Shown in pieces: positions 36,741 through 48,225 of a stretch of DNA of 64,000 nt. The notes beneath the pieces are model-generated. The model did no database searches and was not told the origin of the DNA. It saw only the letters and a program-made list of their open reading frames with translations. The DNA is from Spongospora subterranea f. sp. subterranea (lineage: Eukaryota), in assembly GCA_049724395.1 (NCBI GenBank), contig JAUGWO010000069.1, positions 186,001 through 250,000 of the forward strand, written 5' to 3'. The position numbers and the translations under genes were made by a program. The stretch's first letter is position 1, and the number at the start of each line of letters is the position of its first letter.

Positions 36741-37996
36741 GCGTTGTAAACCTGAATCGTTCCTTTCGGATTCCCTTAACGTGTTGTTAAATGTTCAGGT
36801 CGAACCCGTCACACAACAGATGATCCAATGCACAAAATCAAGGTCACCACTGCCATCGTTGGGGAACGCGTTTCTGGCGCCATCCGTCGGTCGTACGACA
36901 ATCCGTAAAAATAAACTGGGTACCGTCTTAGACCGAAAATATGACACCAATGGTGTTGTTTTCGAACACAAGATGGGAAAAGGGTGGGTGTTATATTGCG
37001 AATTACAATAACAACGTTCTGCGACGGCGCTTCCGCAAAGTTTTACACGTGATTAACCGGTAAACGATATTGGGCCGAGTCTATCGGGCTCCTCCTAGAA
37101 CCGTCTACATCAACCAGCGACACACGGCGGGCGAAGTCGCCGATATCGTCGGCGTGAGATAGAGCGACGACGATCGGTTTTGTGAAGAGCATGAAGTGTG
37201 CGGCTCTTTTGTCAACCTCGAATCTGTTGCAAAAATTCGACAAATGCAAGTGCTCAACGGTAAGCGTCGCCGGACCCAAAAACAAAACATCAATTAACAT
37301 GACTTTTGAACAATATTGTATTACTCAAAGATTGCCCCAGTTTGGTATAATGGAGGGTAATCTGTCGTAGGGGAACCTCACAAATATCAGACATGAACTA
37401 TCCATCAATTCTGGTCATACTCGGCGTGGCCGAAAAAATGGCAAGAAGGAACCACCGTGTGAGTGTCGTGACCGCCAACCTTGTCCCCTTATTGCCATTT
37501 CCGCCAGAACTGTAGATTGTCGACACGCTTGGAAACAAGGACAGGACTTGAAGCACCAATGATAAACAATGAAACGATTGTGGTTATTATTTGTTGAAAC
37601 TCTTTATCAATACACAAAATTCGGTGCACCGTCAAACCCAAGGTCGTTCGGTTTTCTATCAAAGTAGGAAACCACCGCCGTTGCCAAACTATCGTGTTGA
37701 ATCGCGTGACTGACTGTTGGCCGGCACGGTCAACTGGCGCCATGGTCATGTCCGTAAGTGTACATTGAGTCGGCACTAATGACACGCGGAAATGACCGAC
37801 CCCGGATTCATTATCGTAATCACACGTCGTTGCTATTGATCGACAATACCCGATCTCACAAACATAATCTGGCGTTATCGTTTGTGACGATTGAGGTGTT
37901 GTCCATCCATGACCTCTTCGTGATAACACCATCCTTCAATCAAGCGTTTGGAACTTATAATTTAGATACAATAACTACTGGTATTTATAATATTAG

Positions 37997-40900
37997 ATAA
38001 ATAAAGCTGGTGCGGATATAGAGTCGGTGGATAATGCAGATGGAAGTTCAGATTGCCAGTAATCAAGCGGAAAATGGCAGAGCAACTCCTATAGAATCCG
38101 GGGATAATGCCGATGGTGCAGCTGGAGGTTCAGATTGCCAGTGATCAAGCCGGAAATGGCAGAGCAACTCCCATTTGTTTTGGCGAAGATTTTGGCACGT
38201 CGAACACTCTGTAGAAATCGCTTGGGTTCTAACCCGAGTTGATTCCAGTTCTTGACATTTCAGCGCGAAAGCTTTGGCACCGCGATCTATCCTTGCAATC
38301 CGAGCTTCGGTCATTCGAGTCTGTTGCAAAGAGGTTAGATATTGCAGAACGGTACGTATGCCCACAGACCCGTTGTGATGTGAGAATCTTATGATATTTC
38401 TTCATGATCAACTCCGACCTCTCTAACGCTTCCTGAACCGCGCGCTCTGATGCAGCGGCAGCTTTCCCAAGAGTTTCAAGACGGGCGCGAACCCGCTTCT
38501 GGCGTTTCTCTTGCATTTTCTCAGATTGCTTCTTGACGTTGATTTCGGTAAGTGCTAATGATTTCTCAAGTCGGGAAGAGATGCATGCGCGTTGCTCTGC
38601 CCGCTCAGCTTTCAAAAACCATGAGATAAAATCGGAGTCGGAAACGGAAAGCTCAAATAATCTATGGTAGATCTCAGTGTCTGCCAGAGCTTTTTCAAGA
38701 TCTTTTTTGGATTCAGGATGATTCCCTAGGCGGTGACGAATCACATCCAATAAAAGAACTCTCAATTGGCATTGGCTATCGTCAGGATCGGCGGTGAACC
38801 ATCGCAATAAGTAAAGCAGCCCGTCGGAATTGCGAAACTTGACATCGCTGGCCACCGCATCCAACGACAGCTGGGAGAGTGCAACAAACCTGAAAGCACT
38901 TAAATCCGCTTTGTGAATTTGATTGAAAAACAATATTACCGGTCAGCAGAGGAGCATGGCTGTTGACAGAATCGAAGAAGTAGATGATCCCGGATGTTGA
39001 AAAGACCGACCTGCTTCATCCTGGTCCTCAAATCACTCGAATTCTTCGAAGCGATAAGGTTAATTAGATGGATGAGGCGGACGGACCATCGCGCTGATGA
39101 CTTCTCCTCATTATGGCCACATAGCTCGTCTATAGACTCGCAGATTCGAGCCAAGTTTCGAATTAAGCACGGCGCCTCTGATTCGCCAATTCGTGGATAC
39201 CTAAAAAAATAAACCATCAAAACAGTATCGACGAGTCAATATTCAGACTTACTTCTCAAAGAAATTGAGAACTCTATCGATTACTAATGATACGAATTCT
39301 GAAGCTTCAACCATCAGCAGTAATTTGGGAATGCAGGATGCCCGCCCAGTATGCCAGGACAAGTCCTTCACGAGCATTTTTTGAATCAGTCGAACGAAAC
39401 GGGTAATCAACCGAGTTCTAAGACGCTCCTGGTTTTCGCCTCGCGAAGAAGAAACGATGGACGCAGACCTAGATGACACCGATTCCTAGTATGTAAAAAT
39501 AAGTTGGTGATCAGAAACAGGATGACAAAGAAGATACGTTGTCGGCAAGATTGATATCTGTGGGAGAACTCGTGACATTTACTGGCCTATCGAGTGAATG
39601 ATGCCGACCAACACCTTCTAGATATTGCCTGCACCAGTGCAACCATGGTTCCACTAGCAAAGCATTGAGGTTGAATCGTGATTCAATTAACTCTTCGATG
39701 CGTTCCACATAGCGCAGATGCAGTATAGGCCGGCTCGATGCCAAGCGTAGCAATTCCAATAGTAGACGTATTGCTTCAGGATGAACAAGCACATTTTGGA
39801 GCATCCTCTTGGCGTGAAGTTGAAACGCCAGATATATAGTTATGAGACGGAATATTTAGACGATCAAGGGCGAGATCAAAAATGGCCTGAAACCCAAGTA
39901 AACCACTATCGGACTCTAAGGGAAGAAGCTTACATCACATGTTAATTCATCAGCAGGCTGATGCTTGGCCAAGAGCCTAAGCATTATATCAAAGCCATGG
40001 GTTTTAACAAAATGAATCTTAGCTCGACTTGAATTTCGAAATATCATGGCTAACATGCGAATGCATGATATTCGAAAAGCAGAGGAAGTTGATTTCAGCA
40101 TCGGCAACAACAAATGAAATGATATAGATGATAAGAGAAATTCACGTCTTTCAAAACAGTGGCATAGAAGTTCTGCAATGGAGGTTTTTTCATTCAGCAG
40201 CGACTCTGATAACCAGCTAATCGACATAGGAAAAAGAATGAACTCAAACGATGATTACCAGTCTCCGGATCGTCAGTGACAACAAACGAAACCAGAATGT
40301 CTAACTCTGCGGTTCCCGAAGAGGTCATCAGGACTTGTTCGATAATTGTAAGAACATTGTTCAATAAATTGAGGCCGACGGACGAGGCATGAGATTCGTC
40401 TACTTTGGATGCGATAGACAGCAGCTCTAAAAGACAAGATACACCTGGAAACTTTTCAGATAAAATAACAAGAAATCTTGACAGCACAGATTTTACCTCC
40501 GGCATCGAACCAAATGTTCGGCTCATCTCGAAGCAGATCTGAGATCATACCGACGACTTCGTTTCTGGTATCGGGACCAGTGCTATGCCGAAGGAGATCC
40601 ATAATCAGAGTAAGACAAGGCAGATTCGAAATCGGTCCTCTGACACCACCAGATGGTGTCATGCAAGCAATATCCAGCAACATGCCCAGTATATCCATTG
40701 ATAAATGAGCAGGGATTAAACAATGAGTAAGCATATCGTAACCGCCCTCCACTTCAAATTGCGACAGGTTCTCTTGGTACCTAAAACATTCACTTCAAAA
40801 CCATGATATGAAAAAGGGCCTTCAGAGCATACTTGAACAAAAGCGACGATAAAATTTGCAATGCAATCAGACGTGGACCATTACAGCCTGGCTTCATTTC

Positions 40901-43900
40901 GCCAATGAACGGAAGACATAGGAAAAGACCACCGACTCCGGGCATATTCAAAGCAGCTGGAATCGCCCTGGAAAATCTCACTTATTGATCAATACAAAAA
41001 AAAACAAAAAACAATGTCAAACAAATACATTGTCTGATGTACATCGGCATTATGAGGAATGAAGACCCCGATTTCCGGAAGAGATGAAACAGAAAGGGCA
41101 CGAACTGGCACGACAGCCATACGAGGAGGCGAAGTCCCGGGCAAGGTTACAGAGGGTACTCTGTCACGCATAGGAATCTCAGCGCAATCAACAACAGGTT
41201 GTATCTGCTGAGAGTCAATAAACGACGCGTATCTTTTACTGAACATACCTTCATGAAACACTTGGAATCGGGATTATGACCAAAGGCTAGAGTTCCTTGA
41301 GCAAAATATGATGAACATCTCGCCTCATCAGCAACGCCTTCAAACAGATGTACAGCAGCAATCTGCCCAACAAAAGATTTTGCCCCGATATGTAGTTTGC
41401 ACACATCACGTTTCGTGAGAACCGACTAATATGAACTATCAACCAAAAGAATCAATACATCAATCAAATAAACCATACCGGATAAGGAACTGAGGCGAAT
41501 CTTCCGATGACTTTGCTATCAACAGCGACAGAAATACCGGCGCGATTATGGGAAATTGCCATCATATGCCATAATTTTGAAGTAAATGGGAGAAAGTGAG
41601 AAAGGTCTAGCATGAAAGTTCCGTGATTCGGTGACCGAACGCATAGAGACCTAAGACCATTAGCAAAAAGAAATTGAAGACGCAACGTCAGAACACAAAC
41701 CTTTCATTTTCGCAATCTCTACGTGGTGTTAACTTGAAGAGAAACTCAAAAAGAGGAGCATCGCCTTGAACCCAAGTTAACAAGGAAGTCTCCTCAGCGA
41801 CAAATTCACATATTCTAAACCAGAACATGACTGTATAGCCAATCTTGGCAACCGGAAGCCGCCCTATCGCAGGAGATATTACAGACCCAAAGCCACGTAA
41901 AGATTTTTCAACATTGAAGTTGAAATACGACTCTGGAGCGTCCCTTGAAGACAACGATGATACGACATCAAGAATTTGCATGCGAGTAAGACCATCGAAC
42001 GGTGATTCCGTATTCGGGGCGGAACGTGATGCGAGATCAAAAAGAAGACGAGCCTTGGAAAAAAATGAGACAAGAGAGAAAACACCTATGATGATCAACA
42101 TTACTTGGCCCGGTTCTATGGAATACCTTCCTAGAGTTGTCAATAGCGAGAAAAAAGGAGACCGGACTCCCAATATATGAAGCGGGAATTTTGTCCATTT
42201 TCGTAAAAGAAACGACAAAGCTGCGATGTCACTCAGGATTTTCAGGCTGATAGGATTATCTTGAACTAGCTCCAAAATCTTGTTGAGAAATGATGCCTAC
42301 AATAAAACCATTCATAAGGCGTTCAGCAAAAAAAAAGACAGAGTCACCAAACCTGCATGTTAGTGTCTACGCAGCTTACGCAAAGCTTTAAACACTGCAA
42401 CGTTGATTTGCTACCGGTTCGCAACTGTCGCCTTGTTGTCCTCTCTCCTGCAATTACTTTTTCGACACGAGGAGGGATAGCGTTACCCGGGTGCGTTAGC
42501 AGCAATGAAGATGAGCTGTCTACATGGAGATCATTACAAGTTTCAAACCACAGATCTGGACTGGAGAAACATCTGCATCAATTGAAATTGAAACACCTGA
42601 CATGGAGGCATATACACTGCATATACCGTGTATCCGTTAGTTGATGGGCACTTCTCCAGTTGCCAAGTTCGGAAACTACAGAATCAATAGACACAGGCAG
42701 TTTCACGAAGGTACAACAAAAATCCGAAGAGTGGAATTCGCTTTCCGAAGAAAGTTCAAATAAAAACTGAAAACATAAAGATTCGGGATGCCATGACATT
42801 AGCAACTTAAAGAGCTCTTCAATACGAGATTGGTTCTCGAGTTGAATCTTGGCGAAGTGGCAGTTAGCGATGGCACTAAACAGAGTATGCATGGCTGATT
42901 GTGCAAGTGATTTATCACTCTGATTATCTAAAATTACATCCAGAAGAACCTAAAAATTGTTTGAACCATAAGCAACATATCAAAGCGCAAACATACCTTG
43001 ATGCCACCCATGAAGCAAAACTCTTGCCGGATTTTGGTGAATTCGGGAGCAAAATTTTGGTATGCTCCAGAGAGTACTGATGCAATTGCGGATATAACAT
43101 GGGAAGTATTGACGTTAGGTTTTTGTAGAAGAACAAAGAGAAGCCGAAGCCCGTTATTATCATGCTGCTCCCTATCAGCATGTTGGCCCTGACATGAACA
43201 TTTATGCGAAGACAATCACAAAAAAACTCTATACGAAGTACAAGTTTAACCGCCGAGGCTGCTGACCACGACGAAGAAACGGACGACAAAACACCTAGCA
43301 TATGGATGCACAATTCGCAATCTTGCATCGAATTTGCAGCGATAGAAAAGAGCACATCCATGGCCTCATCCAAGTCTAGTGTCGACGGTGATAATTCCTA
43401 CACAGCACCTTAAAACCTGATTTCGTCGATGATAAAATACTACCGTACGCCATTATCGCCGAAGTCTGTGCAATATTCTCCAGAGAGAGCAGCCAGCACT
43501 AGAATTTGAATAAGCAGGGTGCGATGTCCTGTCGATAGCCCAGTATCGGTTAACCGCTTGCCCACCAGCGCTATCAAACTTGAAACATCTGGTGACCTCG
43601 GAGCTTTACAAGCATTTCTTTGCTGTAGAAGCCTCAAAGTGCAGTGCACAATGGATACATCAAAAACTCGCCAATAAGGAAGAAGATAGTGTAAAACCAC
43701 ACTGTTGTGCAGCGCTAGAGCAAAACCGATATTGCAGACAAGCTGGTCAACAGCATCGCGAGCCGACTCTCTGCATAGAAATAAGTTACTGAAAACAAAT
43801 GAATCCTAGACAACTAACGACGTCACATGTGATCTGCATGTAAAAATTGGAGCCACATACTCCAAAAACGCTGCAGCATTTGCTGAATTCAACAGAAGCA

Positions 43901-45541
43901 GATCATTAAGAGCACCAAGCGCAAATGGAAACACATTCGAATGAAAGAGTAAACTGTTCGTGGAGATTTCACCGATCAACCAACTAAACGCTGTTATGTT
44001 GGCGATCAAATAATCCCTATTGCCTGCGGAGGAAGAATCTTTAACTGTACATAACAACTAAAGACGGAAACATACCGTCGATTACCATTGCAGTAATTAT
44101 GGCGAAACACCGGACTAAAAAATTCCTAGATTTTTCATCTTCAGGTTTACGATCAATGTGCATGAGCACTCCAGATATTGAAATATATCCTTTGATATTG
44201 GTGAACTCTCTTTGACTAACCGGATTCCTATGAGAAATTTAACAGAACTGATCACGCTACAATGGCATGCGACAACCTCAACAATAGCTTCGAAATCGTC
44301 TTGAGAAGTTCAAGCTGCATTTTCAAAGGGGCGTCTTCCAGTGACCTGGTTAGCTGTTGCAATGCTCCTTGGCTCGCCAAAATGGATTTTACAACACCAG
44401 TCGACGAAGTCGGTATTCCAGTGTGAAGTTCCGATAACCGTTGAAGTTCTTGTTGTATAACATCACGAGTGGAGGGGGATGAAAGCGGCCAAAATGAAAA
44501 TGGAGCAATTGTCAAATCTTCATCCTCCACGGCAACTGTTTTTCTCATCCCTTGCAAGGTAAAAATCCCTAAAATATGTATTGACAAAGGCAGAGTCAAC
44601 CCAATGAGTTTGAGACCTAGCTCGGCAGGAAAACGGACGAGGTCGCCAAAATTCAAACTCATCAACGATTTTGACCGGGTCAGTGGTGGTTTTTTTTCAG
44701 TTTCATGAAGGATCCTAGTTCTCGACCTAGACCATGTCCCAGCTTTTTGGGAAGAGTGCTGTGATGGAGGATCTGTCGTTGTCTCTCCAAGACTTGCTGA
44801 GGCTTCTCTACGTAGCTTCGGGTCCGCCTCCATGTCTTCGGAGCCGAATGTCCTGGATGGCGACATATCTAAAAAAATGTTTAGTCGTGATCAGGAGTAA
44901 AGATTTCAACGCACCTCTGTTTTCGTATATGTTTTGGTTGTTCGACTCTGCATCAAGGAAAACGCGCAGCGTCCGAAGAATTTGATGGCTCAGGGAATCA
45001 TCGCCATGATCCAACAAGCTCAATATTTTCCTAAAACCGTCTAGTCGAGCAATCTCAAGTCTCGATTCATGATTAGAACATAAACCTGTAATCAGCTGCA
45101 AGACCATGCTTTTCAAATCTTTGTCGTCTATGGATTCAAGGAGAGAGAGAATATGACTCGCCAATGGCGCATTGAAAGCAACCTGATAGGGATTGAGACC
45201 GGATTCAATTGATCAAAATAAGGATTGATTACTTGAGAACTATGTACAGGATCCTGCAATATGATGCTGCAGACACTGAGGGCCTTCTCGATAATATCTC
45301 TACCCCTTCTTGTCCCTTCTGGGGATTTGATCATCAGAGACCCATTATCGACAATGAAAGTCACAAGGGTGTCCAAAACAACGGGGAGGAATGAATCCCC
45401 AAAGATTCGATGAAGCATACGCGGCTTACTCAAACGCTCGTACGACGCCAAAAACTCACATAAGAATTCTGTCAGCGCCACCACAGTCTGTCGTAACAGA
45501 TCAACGACCGTTCTCAGCAATTCCGGGGTTGCGAACCTCAT
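37997..45541 (-). CDS. Neurobeachin/LYST-like large ARM-repeat plus ConA-like protein (many exons); no BEACH/WD40 seen
   Basis: A chain of leucine-rich helical exons. ConA-like motifs GYTVMFWFRI, WHMMAISH and FVGQIAAVHLFE. DUF4704-like GGLFLCLPF...GGYDMLTHCL. C-terminal coiled coil, with a stop at ~38063 or 37997. Confidence 0.7.
38041..38171. repeat. Duplicated ~50-80 bp segment at the 3' end of the neurobeachin-like gene
   Basis: tgga(a/g)gttcagattgccagt(a/g)atcaagc..gaaatggcagagcaactcc occurs twice with an ~82-bp period. Confidence 0.85.
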
Positions 45542-46692
45542 CTGACGCTGACTGAGACGCAGCAGTCTGCGAGTTGATAAACGCGTCCCAAAGTCCCTTC
45601 GTCTGCCTGCACACTCGATAGACGGCGACCCTGCGTCGAACGGCTCGCAGCATGGCGCGAGACCTGCTTCCAGAGCTCGAGCTGATCGGGAATCTCCGTT
45701 AATGAGGCGGCGCCGTGAACCAACGATCGACCCGAATGGAATCACAGCAGCATCATAATGACGCAGTAGAATGCTGGGTGTAACGTTGGAGACCCAATTC
45801 CCTATATATACACCGTCCCAGTCGCAACCCACAAAGTCGATCGGCCGCAGTTCCAATGACCAACGGCGCAGCCCTCCGTGAACTAGCAGAATGGGCCAGA
45901 AATAGCTCGGATGACGTTGAGCGTGGCCAACGCAGGGGCCAGCGGCGAAGGGCCGTTCAACAGATCGGCTTTCTGCCCAGTTAAAAACACAAAGTGTATA
46001 AAATAGATACAAAAGCGGGAACGTAATAGAGAAAACAGATTTCCAATCCGAGTGGATCAACAAACTTCCCAATACTGTGGCGCCATTGATCATCACTTCT
46101 GGAACCCCTCCAAGCGAATCTAACTCGGGTTTTTATGGTGGAGATTCGGACTTGGCCACCAGAACAAAAACTGTGTTGAACTACACGATTTGCTGAATCA
46201 ACCAGGGGATTCACTGTCCATGCATGTACGCCGCTATCTGGCTGATTTCAACAAATTCCTACATTGTGCCGACCAATTCTGACTCACCCAAGAACAACTA
46301 CGAATCTCCCAATGCCACTTCATGTGCTTAACAAGAAGTATCTCATCCCAGGGACGACGCTCAACACCTATGTGAAGTTCGAAATCGTGGACGGGCCCGT
46401 CCGATTCCGGACTCCACATAGATCATTTGAAAACCAGACGGGAGGGTTCGAGCCCAACGTCGCCACAAATGGCGATCGCCAGCGCTCAGAATTCGCAATT
46501 GTACAAGATCCCCAAGCACTGGCCATTCTCCATCGCTCAAAAGCCGAGAGAACAGCCCAGGGAGGACCTCTAATATCGTTTAGAAAACGGGGTGTTGAGA
46601 TGTCCTTTGACGAAGGCGTTGACTCCAACCTGTTGACTCATCACCATTTAGATCCATAAAGAAAAAACATCGACCCAACAGATTAATAATTT

Positions 46693-47980
46693 ATGTCGGC
46701 GACGACGATTAATTTAACCGGCCATGAGATCATGGACTCGGCCCTGACGGTCAACGCGGTCCTGACCAGCGCCGTCAATCGCGTCGGGTCGGAATACGAC
46801 AAACTCGGGTGCGACGACCTGAAGGCGACGACGACGGAGGAGGTGCGATCGCCCGATCCGGACGACCTGAGCGCGGCCGTCGACGGGATTGTCGATAGCG
46901 CCATGAGCGACCTGTCCGACCAATTCAAGGCGATGCAGGTCCCATCTGGACACGTTCTTGCAGGCGATCCGCCAGCACGTCATCGACCCTGATTCGCCAT
47001 CGGCCACGTCCGACGTCAGCGACTGGGACGACCTGTCGCGCTGGCCCGATATCCATCGCCGGCGCCAGTCGATCCCCGACAGCGACAGCGACATCGGCTC
47101 CGAGATCTCGGAGGTGATCTCGCCGCCGCGATCGCCGCCCGTCTTGGACGATGCGTTCGCGCTCACCCCACAGCTGTCCAAGAAGCGCCTGGACGTGTTC
47201 AGCGAGATCGAGCGACCGGAACCCACCGCCGATGACGGCCTGATCAAGTTGGTTAATCGCCGCGCCCACCCGCGTCGCGCCATTCGCGATTACGTTCCGG
47301 ATCCGTTGCCGACAGTGCCGTTGCCCGACGACGTCATCTATCGGCAGATGCTGGACGAGCTTCAGGAGATGCAGTTCGCGCCCGAGCAATCCACGTTCAA
47401 CATGGTCGTGAACAAGGACGGCCGGACCCGATCGTCCAACCACCAGCTATCGCAGCCGAACCCGCAGCGATCCAAGGCCGAGTTCGCCGTGATCAAGCAC
47501 GGGCGCCGCGGGCGCCCGAAACCGAAGACGCTCCAGATCGACACGTTCATGGGCGTGATCTCGTGGGAGTCCGGCAGTATATTGATGACCGACGTCAAAC
47601 AGATTCGCTGCGGGCGACAGACGACGACACTGAACCGGCCTCACGCCGCCATGGCCTACGAGGGACTGTTCGCCTCCGTCATCACCGCCAACCGATCTCT
47701 CGACCTCGAGTTCCGATCGCGCCCCGAGCGGAATCGCGTCGTGGGCCAGGTCAAGGACCTGATCGCCGCCTATCTGGCGTCCGAAACCAATCGCCATCTG
47801 ACCTGGCAGCTGCAGCAGGCGCCGTCGCTGGGCGACGTCTCCGCCACGGCCGTCGCCGCCGAGCGATTGAGCGTCGCACCGCTCGCAGCCTTTCCCAATA
47901 TTCAGTCGCTGAAGAACATCGTCCGACGGGTCGTCCTGCGACGGCAATCGTCCCCCTCGTGGACGATCCGCCATTTATAA
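46693..47980 (+). CDS. PH-domain protein (PLC/Mcp5-type PH), 1-nt frame discontinuity at ~46941
   Basis: VIKHGRRGRPKPKTLQID...ISWE...DVKQIRCGRQT...SVITANRSLDLEFRSRPERN. The acidic N-terminal ORF joins via a 25-nt intron or a single extra C. Confidence 0.75.
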
Positions 47981-48225
47981 ATGTAATTTAATTGTTTGAA
48001 CAACACACACAACGAGCGCGATGATCGTCCCATCACGAAACGAGAATCGCGGAAACGGGTGGGAGTTGGCGAAATGGGAAAAACGTGTCCTTCCGGGGAT
48101 CGTTTTCGTGGAGATATTTTTTTTTTGGTCTGAGAAAATGGGATTGATTGATCGCGTGTCTATTGTGAATAAATATCGTGGTTTGAGATTAGTTGGCGGG
48201 GATTATCATAGATCGAGCGAGGTCG

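Noticed and set aside
36850..37950. ORFs downstream of the neurobeachin-like gene as its PH-BEACH exons
   Set aside because: No BEACH or WD40 motifs and no convincing splice path. Left unannotated.
45541..46096. N-terminal extension of the 322-aa minus-strand ORF as a membrane protein
   Set aside because: Non-ATG start and non-protein-like sequence. The ATG at 45541 is the more plausible start of the neurobeachin-like gene.
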